Shown: piece after piece, positions 39,331 through 50,644 of the stretch
Layout: each line of letters opens with the position of its first letter
Position numbering within the stretch: the stretch's first letter is position 1
DNA from: Octopus bimaculoides
Lineage: Eukaryota
Assembly (NCBI RefSeq): GCF_001194135.2
Contig: NC_068981.1
Location: forward strand, 65,372,236 to 65,436,235
Reading direction: 5' to 3'
Length of the DNA stretch: 64,000 nt
Made by a program: the position numbers and the translations under genes
Notes under the pieces: generated by a model
Databases searched by the model: none
What the model saw: only the letters and a program-made list of their open reading frames with translations
Told to the model about the DNA's origin: nothing

Positions 39331-41999
39331 TATTGTTATTAGGGTGGTGGATTGGCAAAAATGATTAGGGCAGTATTTTTTTTTTAACTATCTAGGTTTT
39401 GAGATCAAATCCTGCTAAGGTTAGCATTACCTTTCATCTTGTAAGGATCAGTAAAATAAATTATCTGTGCAGTAATCCCCTCCTGCTAAAATTACTGGCC
39501 TAATGCCTTAATTAGAGACTATTATTATTATCATATTGTTCAGTTTGATTTTTAATTAAGCATGAGGTCAGTTTTGCAAGAAAATTTCTATATCAAAAGG
39601 GGTTGTACTAGTGATACTGACCACATGCTCAAACTTTGAATGATAAATGGCAGAATTCATTCCAACAAGATTTGGTCTTACAATATTCATGTAGATTTCA
39701 AAGTTCGCATACTATAAAACCTTTCTAATCAACCTTGCTACTAACTGTGTCAAATTTATAATCCTTACATTCTTACATCAGTAATAATGATGGCAACAAA
39801 TAGATGTGCAACGAAAGGTCTCTGGTTAATGTTTGTATACAACAAGTATTATTAAAACACTGCTAACTGAAAGATCCAGTAAATTCTTGCTTGGTTTTCC
39901 TCCTCCATATAGCAACACTGAAATTTTCAAAGTGGTTGTAGAATGACATAAAATTATCTTTAATGAGCAATTAAGTAGGAACATGAAGATGACTTTGTCA
40001 ATTAGTATATGTGGTCTGTTGAGAAAATAGTATGTGGCGGTGGTGATAGGAATCATTTATGTGTAATAGCGGGGTCAGTTAAAGGCAAGTTAGTTGAAGT
40101 GGACTAAATCATGCATTGATGCAGTTAATTGATGAACGAAAACCAATTAGACTGAAAATATACTAAACTGAAGAGTAATGAGGAATTTGAAACTGAGAAA
40201 AATAATGAGTAAATTAATGTATTTTTGGTGTCTGTTTCTATACAAAACTATATATACAGAAGTTGGGCTGCACTATTTTTTTGCTTCTCTTTTTTTTTTC
40301 TTGGCAGTTGTTTTCACAGCTGAGTGTCCTTTCTAATGCATACCACTTAACTGAGGTAATATGAGTAGGAATTTGTTATATATTGATATAGTTGGACTAG
40401 TTTTTGTCACACTAAGTGGAACAAGAAGTGTTTTGTATCTCACTAAGGGTAATATTAAATGAAGATTATTAGGAATGGAAGTCTATGGGGCTGAGTTTAT
40501 AGAATCTTAGCAGAAGTGTCAATAGTTTTGTACCTTGTCTCTAGTATTGTGTCCCTGGCAAACTGCTTAAATTTTTTGCTTATGTTGTTTACTGTTGTAA
40601 TCAATAGCAAGGAGTAGGGGGTTATAATTGCTGATTGTTGTATTGACTCAGTACTGTACTCAAATCTAGTCACATGCAATAGGAAATGTATCAATCCAAC
40701 GAAGCCAGATCACACTTGAATTTCATCCGATTTGGGGAGGTCAAATAATTGAGTCTTTATCATGCATATTTAATTTCATAAGTGTTGTTGATGTTAGATC
40801 TAAAACACAAGTTAAGATGTTTGACTATTGACCATATGGTCATGAGTTGTTTTTTATTTTTTTCTTTAAAAAAAAAAAACAATTACAGCAATTATTTTGT
40901 GACCCCTGGCAATGTACAATTTTTATTCTGCTTTCTTCAGCATGGTTAGCTGAAAATAGTTGTGTTTCTGCTACTTAGCAGCTGAATGATTAATGACAGG
41001 AAGAGTATCCAACTGTTAAAAAAAGAAATAACAAACAAGCGACCACCCGTAAACAAAAGAAAAAATATTTTGCTGCAACAAAATGCAAATATCTAAATTT
41101 GCAAATTCATTCCACTCACGCTACTGTATATAGTGGTGGTGGTGGTGGTGGCAGTAATAAATGATATAAATAAATTGATTAATTAAATATTTCAAAAGAT
41201 AACAAATATCAAAATTAAAAATTCCAAACAAAGAAAAAAAAATATTAAAAGATTACTATTTTAAATATTATCCTTTTTTTGTATTTTTTCTTTCTTTTTT
41301 TTTTCTGTTTTTGATTTCTGACCCTAACAACAGTTTTTATCACTTTGTTTCATGCTGTTGGCTGTATTGTTTATAGAGTATCTGGCTATTCCTCTGATCA
41401 TTTGATGTAAATTAGTTTTGTTGCATGCTGCAAGAAACAGATTACGCTGGTAATAATAATAATTTACTGTTCAGGGATAAGGGTGGAGGATAGAATGTGG
41501 ATCTACGTAGCCTGGATGCTTTTTTTTTTTTTTTTGCTATTTGGATGCATATGTATTTCGTTTTGTTTTTTCTTTGTTTATTTTCTGATTATGCACAATG
41601 AAATTGTTACCTGGAGATCTGATGCAAATTAGTTTTGTTGCATGCTGCAGAGAACAGATAATGCTGGTTATAATCTATATAGTGCAGGGATGGGAGTGAA
41701 GGTGATAATGATAGGTCTGTTACCCTGAAATCTGCACATTTTCTCTTAATATTTGCAGATACATGTACATATGTGTGGGGGAGGAGGTAGGTAGGTAGAC
41801 AGATTTGTTACTGATTTCAGTCATTAAGCAGCAGTTGTACTGGGGCCTAAATTTCAAGGATTACTGTCTCAATTATATCAATCCCAGTCAGCACTTAGGT
41901 AACTGTTTTATAGATCTCTATTTATGGAATGGCTTATTGTAAAGTGTTAGTGCTGTTTCTCTTCAATACTATTACGTCCCTTCTAGAGACAAATTCTTT

Positions 42000-42345
42000 T
42001 GGCTATGTAGAAATGGACAAATAAGGTAATCATTGAGTTAGAGAGTGTGACAGAACTTTTGTCTTGTCTTGGGCAGCTTGACAATGGTATTTATCTTGGC
42101 ATATGCTCCACAATCAGGACTGACAGAAGAACAGAAGGACCACCACTTATGAGACTCCCTTGTAGACTCACTTTGTAATGAATGACAGTGATCTAATTAT
42201 CACAGCCGATGAATTTAATGGACATATTTGGCAATACCATAATAGTTTCACTGGCATACATGAAGGCTTTGGATATGGTATGAAGAATAAGTAGAAATCA
42301 AGCCTGAGTACTGTAATGCAAATGATCAAACTGCTTGCAACTTTA
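42000..42345 (+). mobile_element. RTE LINE apurinic-like endonuclease (APE) relic
   Basis: ILAYAPQSGLTEEQKD (ISAYAPQxG) and LIITADEFNGHIWQYHNSFTGIHEGFGYG (GDFNGHVG..HGGFGYG), followed by an LEYC-like motif. Confidence 0.8.
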
Positions 42346-42529
42346 TACTAGTGTATATATTAAATTAGTCTTAATTATTCAGCAGTGCATAAATTATGAT
42401 GTTTGATTCCATTCCTGCCATTCATATAGCAACATCAGTTGCCGTCTAAATAGATCATGTAATACCAAAGTCATTATTTAGAAAGCAAAAGTTTTGTGTT
42501 TAAACTGCAGGCAAGCAAACACCATGAAG

Positions 42530-42812
42530 CTGTTTGTAGGAACAACTAAAGGTAAATTCAAGGCATGATATCTCAATTACTAATCTAATGTCAGGAACAT
42601 CAAAAGATAACATGCGATTCAGCTTTCAAACTACATCTAGTTGTTGAAAGAAACAGCCTCTAATTCTTATGAAAAATATTAGGAACCCATATAAGAATGG
42701 AAGCAAAAACTGTAAGTTGTGTATAGCTAAGAAAAGATTGATATTGGACCATTTGAAGCAACCAGATGTCTACTTTAATTAAAAGTCAGAAGTACTGAGA
42801 AAATTCATCCTG
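42530..42812 (+). mobile_element. Penelope-like element GIY-YIG endonuclease relic
   Basis: LFVGTTKGKFKA*YLNY*SNVR...QLSNYI*LLKE (cf. YIGxTxxxFKxRYxNHxxSFR..xLSxYIWxLK), then PYKNGSKNCKLCIAKKRLI...N*KSEV (cf. CxLCxxEKxxI..LNxRSE). Confidence 0.8.
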
Positions 42813-43589
42813 CTTTGACAGTTACCACTCTGAAAGTGTGGACTGCTCTGAATACTAAACTAACATGTGCACTTACACAACTTAGATACTAGGATGCCAG
42901 TTCTGCAATTCCTATATTGAAGTACCTACTTGTTTACCTTCAAACTCACTCCACACACACACAATCTGGCACTTTAACACTCTGCACCATATCTTCTCAT
43001 GCCTCAATTTGGTTCTTTATAAATTTGCCATCTCTCTTCCTTCTGTTTGTTTATTCAATTACCTATCTGTATCTCTTTCTATATTTGTGTATCTATATAC
43101 CTGCCTACTTGACTTGTCTACTTACCTTTCCATCTCTGTCATGTCATTCAACTTCTAAATCTGTTCATTCACTTATTTGTCATTCTGTCCATCCTTCTAG
43201 ATATCTACATATCTATCTGTATACAACTAGCTAACGTATTTACTTTTTTTTTCTACCTTATTCCTTTCTTTCAGTTCTTCCTTTCTTATCTTATGTTGTA
43301 AAAACACCTTAGTGAAGGGAGAAAATTTCTTCAGATGAATATGTAAACTATCACCTATACAACTGCTATTCACAAAATCTTTTTAAGTAACATCTGGCTT
43401 CTCACATAGCAAGAGAAAGTTACAATACATAAAAATGTGTGGTTTGAATGAGTGTATTCTGCATCTATTACCTAATTACAAATTGCATCCATATAAGAAC
43501 CACTGATGGTATTATACATTTTTGTGTGTGTTCCATATGCACATGTGATTGCATGATAGTGTTCGCCACAGTAACCTCAAATAGAGAAT

Positions 43590-43935
43590 CCCTGGAATGT
43601 TTTACAAATTTTCATTGTATCTCTAATCACTTGTTTTTGGATAATGGGAATCAGTTTGCTGTGTTCTTGTTTGGAGATTCCCAGCATTCTCAGACCTTTT
43701 CACAAACCTGGTTTTAGATAACCTAGTCTCTTTGATAATGGGTACAAACTAAAATCTAGAGCCTAGATATGAGAGCTGCAAGTTTCCTTAGTTCTCTATA
43801 GATATTCTCCTTTCCACCAACTTTTGATGAGACATTCACACATTTGCTAAGCAGCTGATCCTTACAATAGTGCACAACTTTTGTTCCCTACCCCATAGAG
43901 CAATATCCAGCTTATTCTGCTGATAGCAAGTTGTT
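43590..43935 (-). mobile_element. RLE-type (R2-group) non-LTR retrotransposon C-terminal relic, third lineage
   Basis: NKLDIALWGREQKLCTIVRISC (cf. NKPDIVVWD..LCxxVEISC), KENIYREL, FVPII, and LGISKQEHSKLIPIIQKQVIRDTMKICKTF. Confidence 0.75.
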
Positions 43936-44089
43936 GTTTTTAATTGATTGTTCCATCAGTATTCCTTACATTTCATCAGTATTATTGATATACATTCTTA
44001 CATGTATGTATACACGTGCACCCACCATCAGCATCATTTTCATCATTTGAACATCCTCTTTCCTACACATGCATGGGTCAGACAGTTTA

Positions 44090-44426
44090 TTAAGGCAAAT
44101 TTTCTACTGCTGGTTGCCCTTCTTGTTGCCAGATATGTTCTCCAATAGGAAACAAATTATACTGTTAGTATGACAGTCGCAGTTATTTACAATAATCATG
44201 TGATGCCTAGTCAAGGATACACAAATACATGCACGCATATGTATGCAAGTGTGTGTGTGTGTGTGCACATGGCTAGCTTCTTTCAGTTTCTGTCTACTAA
44301 ATCCATTCACAAGGCTTTGGTTGGCCTAGAGCCATAAGAGAAAACACCTGCTCAAAGTCCCACATGCTGGGGATGAACCTGAAACTATATAGTTGCAAAG
44401 TGAGCTTCTTAACCACACATCCATAC

Positions 44427-44430
<4 letters not shown>
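44090..44430 (-). mobile_element. SINE family A variant
   Basis: CTTCTTTCAGTTTCTGTCTACTAAATCCATTCACAAGGCTTTGGTTGGCC...GAACCTGAAAC...CTTCTTAACCACACATCC is the reverse complement of the head. A similar decayed copy lies at 46060-46345 (-). Confidence 0.75.
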
Positions 44431-44479
<49 letters not shown>

Positions 44480-46531
44480 GAAGAAATGAAAATTCAGGAC
44501 AGAATAAAGAGTTTGATAAGACTTAAGCTTGTCTCCCCGTTCTTTTATAGAACATTTTGTATTTCGTTCACTTGTACATTACATGTTATAAGAATATCTA
44601 TGATAAGGATAAATTATGTCCCTTAATTAAGACAGCTTTTAACATTTCTATTAATGTTTAAATGTTTCCTTATTTATGGGACTTTGTTGTTGAGTTATCC
44701 AATTTACTCCCCCCCTCCCTCTGTCTTTGCTTGGACATATTTATAGCATATGAGATGAAAGACACATTTGATACCAACTGTATTTGATCTTCTAACATTT
44801 ACTAAGATATAAATGTGTGAATATTGTGAAGCATCTCTAACCCACCCCACTACCAATAGTGCCAGATTTAGTGCCCATACATTACAGCAAATAGTGAAAG
44901 CAAGAAATAGATGTTTGTATATTATAACTATAGGTTTCTAGTTATCGCTTGTCTAGAACAAGTGATAAGGCAGCAGCAATTGAAATATCTGATAAATTCA
45001 TGTTTGGCTTTCCCTTTCAATGTATCTATGCTGATTATGCGAAGAAATGTTTGATCTCCGAGTCTGTTTTGAATGGTCTCCACCATTTATCCTGTATTTA
45101 TTGTAGGCTTGTCATCCTAAGCATTGAAGATTTAAAACCTGCTGTCCTGATATCAATGGCTGGTATGGAGTATGTTGTGTGTGATTTGGTTGTTTCATTT
45201 ATAAGTTTGGTATAACTACATGGAAACCCATTTATAGACATAAGTATTTTGTTGTAGAGAAGCACATATTCGTTTCTACTTCAAAGTTAATATTTCACTT
45301 TACTAATCTCCATATGATGAATAGTTTCAGTTATCTTAGACTAAGCAGGGTCTAATAGTAGTCTTTTGGAAACTTTGCTTAATCCTTAAGGTCAGTATGG
45401 CAAATATGATGTCAGTTTCGACTGATTATCCCACTGTAATACAACTACATATTTGATTGACACTAAATGATATAGCTAATGTACTGGTGTTGTGAGCTTC
45501 AATTAGACAAATGGAGGCTTATCTTTGAATTCAAAATTCTAAGTCACTGAAGCACCATCATTTACAAATAGCTGTTGTACCAAGTATGATGATAGACACA
45601 GAACCTATCTTCTTTTAACATCAGTGTCCTTACTGTTGTCCTCTACCAGGGTTTTGCACATGGTTTTGGAAGGATACCCTCAGTATATTCATATTTGTTA
45701 ATTTCGCACCTATTTCATGGTTGATTTGTTAGAAGTAGTAAAGATATCCATCTGTAAAAAAAGCAATTATTTCAGCAAGCCAGTGAAGTTTCTGTGTTTT
45801 TCAACCTGCTAGAATTAACTGCCTTATCCTCCTCAAATCATACCCTACCATCTTCAAAGTGGAAGGAAACACTGAATAATTTAGAATAAATACAATATGT
45901 AAGAAAAAAATTACAGAATATAAAAGAGAGAGACAATGATTACAACTGGAATATCGTCGATCATATGTTTGTTTGAGCAGGATACTGGTCTAGAGTGAAA
46001 CAAGAACTATTTCAACAAAAAATAAATAATTATAATAAAATTTTAAAAAAAGAAAAGAAAAAGTGCATGCATGCTAATGTGGTTAAGCTCATTTTGTAAC
46101 CATGTGGTTTTGGGTTCAGTTCCACTGCACTGCACTTTGGGTAAGTGTCTTGTGAGTGGATTTGGTTGATGGAAACTATGTGCAAGCTTGTTATGTTTAT
46201 GTGTGCCTTTCTGTTTGCTTACATCCTCATAACTTAGCAGTCTGATAAAAGAGTCCAATAGAATAGTAGTGGGGTCAATTTGCTTGACTAATCCTACAAG
46301 ACAGTACTCCAGCATGGTCCTAGTCCAACAACTGACATTAGTAAAAGAGGAGAATATGTGCCATACAGATTTCAAGATTTTATTGTAATTTAAAAAATAA
46401 TTAAATATAAAAACAATTGCTCCAACAGTTGATTACTGTATAATTTCCTCACGTTAAATGTTATTAGGATCAAGCAATTGATGTGTTAGTAAGTGTAAAT
46501 AAAATTCAACCAACACATAGACCACACTGAC

Positions 46532-46581
46532 TTTATACAAGAGGAAGTTCTCTTCAGAAAGTTTTGTAAGGTCAACAAAGG
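46532..46581 (-). CDS. Candidate 50-nt exon: xFVDLTKLSEENFLLYK (phase 1 to 0); a phase-0 frame is also open
   Basis: Acceptor tgactttgcattttcag, donor AAA/gtcagt. Confidence 0.25.
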
Positions 46582-46703
46582 CTGAAAATGCAAAGTCATC
46601 ATTTTTAAGAGCTTCTCTTGTGATAAGTTTCTGGGTTATATATATATATATTATATCTTATTTTGTTGGTTTATGTTTAACAGGTTCAATAACTTTTCTC
46701 TCT

Positions 46704-46734
<31 letters not shown>

Positions 46735-47775
46735 ACATGCACACACATACCAAATTGTATCAGTTAGATATGAAGTTGATTCTGAAAGAATACATTAATA
46801 TTATCCATCGTACTAAGGTGTTCTGTTCTCTCTCTTTGATGTTCTGTTGTGTGTGTGTGTGTAAAGAAAAAGTGGGATAGCTTTAATATGAAATTATATT
46901 GATCCTTTCTTTGAAATTTGCTAACAATGGCCTGATTCCTAAGAGTAGCATTGCGGAGGGTATTCAGCTGAGTGGAGGTGTTTTTTTTTTTCTTTTCATT
47001 CACTGGAAATAGCGAAAATTTATAACTACGAAATTTTCGGCTACATCTGTTTTTGTTTCCTTCTTTTAGGCTGACTGCTACCTCATTACTATTAGGTTGC
47101 AATTGTGAAATAGCTCTAGCATAAAGGAAAATTTCTGTTTACAATCTTAATTGATATACATTATCCATGTACTTTTCTTTTTATTCTAGGAGAGAAAAAA
47201 AACAAACAAAAAAAATGCATTAAAAATAATTTCAAAATTTATATTTGAGAAATAAGAGGTTTAGCGGGTGGGTTAAATGATAATAATGATTCTTTAATAC
47301 CATTTATAATCTTTTACCAGATTTCCTGTCAATTTTTGTTGTATGGCTCAGATTTTTTCTTTTATCTTTTTTTTCTTTATAGAATATTGATTATATTGTT
47401 GCTACAATGGCAAAAAAACATATTCCTTCCTTCCTCCCTATCTCTCACCCATTGGCTCATTTTATGCTATCAAAAAGGCAACAAGCAGGCACTGATGCCA
47501 TCCACTGCTGCTGTTAGCGTTCTTCTTCCTAAATTCCATCATTCTTTCTTTTCAAATTGATGAGTTCTGCCTACTTCTCAATCAAATATCTTCAACTTCC
47601 TCTCCTCTTTCTCTTTGTATGAAAGGTACAAAACTGTCTAATCAACAGCTACCCAAAACTTGATGTTGCTGTTGTTGTTTAATTTTGTTTTGTTCTGTGT
47701 TTTATCTCCCTTACCATTTTGGCAACTCGTCATGGTATTGTTGACTTTGGTTAGAACCCAAATGTTTTATGAATC

Positions 47776-47809
<34 letters not shown>

Positions 47810-48081
47810 ATACAAAGAATATATATACATGTATACACACATATATGTACATACTTACATCTACATGTGTATATACATGCATATCAGGGTACAGGACGTT
47901 AGAACAATAAACTACAGACAACGGAACGAACACATAGGAAAACGGAAAGCCCCTTGGAATATCCCTTCATCAGCTGTCTATTCTATCTAGACGTTTCGAA
48001 GACCAGACAGGACGTACTCTAGAATAGTCTCTTCCTGAGTAGTGGATCAACCAACTACACAGAGGATTCCANNNNNNNNNN

Positions 48082-48360
48082 GGAGGAAATGGAACAAGGA
48101 GGAAGGGACAGAAGCAGTGAAGTAGAGGCCAGGACAGAAGGGTAGATAGGAAGATAGAGGAAGACAGATAGATAAATAGATAGAGAGGATGGTGGAGGGA
48201 GGAAGTGGAACAAGGAGGAAGGGACAGAAGGGTATAGCAGTGAAGTAGAGGCCAGGACAGAGGTATAGATAGAAAGATGGAGGAAGACAGATAGATAAAT
48301 AGATAGAAAGATAGATAGATAGATAGATAGACAGATAGATAGATAGATAGATATATATGT
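48082..48360. repeat. ~120-bp imperfect tandem duplication plus (GATA)n
   Basis: TGGAACAAGGAGGAAGGGACAGAAG...GCAGTGAAGTAGAGGCCAGGACAGA...GAGGAAGACAGATAGATAAATAGATAG occurs twice, next to a gap. Confidence 0.9.
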
Positions 48361-49339
48361 ATGTATGTATGTATGTATACACATACACACATGTTTTTAC
48401 TCAATTTGTCTAATAGGAACAACAATACAACTCTCCCTCAATTCAAAGTAATTTTTTTACTGCCCTCTATTTATGTTTTGTGCCTATTGTTATATAAATG
48501 CATACATAAGAACACACACACACACATGTGTGTGAGAGAAATTTATACACTTTTTTTCATCAAATATCTGCCTGTTGTGGTTTTCAGCTGATAGTTAATG
48601 AGTAATCAGTTCCCATGTTAACAGCCATGATCAATGAGGAATTAAAATAATTGTATGACAAACCAAATATTTAGTTCCTTCATCATTTTTCATGCTCTCT
48701 TTCTTACAATAAAAAAAAAACAGAAAAGAATAGAAAGTAATATACCCCTAAAATTTACCAAAATTCCACCAGTAGGTGTAAAAATGTGAATAATGTAAAT
48801 AGTTCCTCTGTTGGTTCTTTTACAATGTGTGTTCCAGTTGTTTGATCAGCAGAGCTACCTGTTCATTGAATTATGACATAAGTGGTTAAGTATTCCACAG
48901 ACACTTGTGCTCTAAGCGCAATCCTCAAGCATAATCGGCCTAACATAGAGTGGGTAACAAAGCTTGCCCTTTAGGTTACGGGTATCCAATATGTTTTTCA
49001 ATGAATTTGCATCTGTTCCAATTTCACCCATAAGTTTTGGATAACCCTGAAACTGTAGAAGCTAACACTTGCCCAGGAAGATGGATCAGATGTGGAGCCT
49101 CATGGCATGGCTGTATGGTTTTGGGTTCAATCTCACTGCCTAGTACCTTGGGCAAGTGTGTTCTACTATTTCCTCAGGCCAACTAATATCTTATGAGTGA
49201 ATTTGGTAGACGGAAACTGGTTGGTGTTAGGAAGGGCATCCAGCTGTAAAAACCCTGCCAAAACAGACTCAGTAGCATAGGGTAGTTTTTCTACTTGGGC
49301 CAACTTCTGTGAACCATCCTACCTATGCGTGCATGGTTT

Positions 49340-50277
49340 GGGAGTGGCACTTCTTCAGACAGATCTCCTCATCCATCCATAGTACATGACCATACCAACG
49401 CAAACGTCTCTCTTGCACACCACATCTGATGCTTCTTATGTCCAACATTTTTCTCAGGGCGCTTACACTCTGTCGTGTGTGCACACTGACATTACACATC
49501 CAGTGGATCATGCTAGCTTCATTTCTTTGAGCCTACGCATGTCTTCAGCAGTCATAGCCCATGTTTCACTGCTGTTAAACATGGCAGTTTGCACACATAC
49601 ATCATACAATCTACCTTTCACTCTGAGCGAGAGGCCCTTTGGCACCAGTAGGGGTAGGAGCTTTCTGAACTTTGCCCAGGCTATTCTTATTGCAGTAGTA
49701 ACACTCTCTGAGCATCCACTCCCACTACAGACTTGGTCACCTAGGTAGCGGAAGCTATCAACTACTTCTAGTTTTTCCCCCTGGCATGTGATGGGATCTG
49801 TTTTCTGAGCATCTGTGGTGTTTATTGCCCCTGTGCATCTGCCGCACATGAAAACTATCTTCTCGGTTAATTTTCCTTTGATGTTGCTGCACCTTTTATG
49901 TGTCCATAGCTTACACTGGGTACATCTTATGGAGTTTCTATCTACACCTTTTCTACAGATTGAGCAGGGCCACCTACCTGAAGGGGTGTGTGATGCGTTC
50001 GCCTTCCTACTTACTAGAATTTTGCTCTTTGCAACATTGACTCTAAGACCCTTCAATTCTAAACCTTGCTTCCACACCTGAAATTTCTTCTCTAGTTCTG
50101 GTAGTGATTCTGCTGTGAGGGCCCCATCATCAGCATAGAGGAGCTCCCAGGGGCAACCTGTCTTGAATTCCTCTGTTATTGCTATGATAAATAAGAGGGG
50201 GCTGAGGGCGGATCCTTGGTGGACCCCTACTTTTACCCGGAATTCTTCACTATACTCATTGCCCACCCTAACCTTAC
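49340..50277 (-). mobile_element. RTE LINE fragment: RT domains 4-7, PHD-type finger and C-terminal region
   Basis: ORF 49508-50266: GNEYSEEFRVKVGVHQGSALSPLLF, WELLYADD, LRVNVAKSK, CSIC..CTQC..H..C..CGRC, SFRYLGD, AWAKFRKLLPLL, SETW. Continues by frameshift into QERRLRWYGHV. Confidence 0.95.
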
Positions 50278-50644
50278 TAATGTTGCAGAGTACAGATATT
50301 GATTATCATTGTCTATCTCCACCCTTTTGCAATCTGCAACCTTATTTGGTAAAATTAATATCATTTCCTCGATACTCTGAAATATTTTTAACCTAAAATA
50401 GATAATACCATCATTAGCGAGATGAAAACTTCAGTATTTTTTTGTTGAGTGGTATTGGTTTGGACAGGTTGACACTATAGTGTATTTCAACTCCTCTCAA
50501 CCTTGCATAATTACAACTTTCACATCTAACATCTTCTCAAATATTAACAGGTATGAAATATATAAACTGGTGGATAGAAGACCTGATAGATCATTAGACA
50601 GAATTATCTTGTGGTATTTGAGTTAAAAAAAAATGACCCTGTTA

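Noticed and set aside
45000-45600. Possible second Penelope RT relic on the minus strand
   Set aside because: The motif resemblance is too degenerate to support by eye and needs a profile-HMM search.
46560-46581. AFVDLTK resembling the RT motif AFVDLTKAFD
   Set aside because: The following residues do not match RT, so it is kept only as a weak exon candidate.
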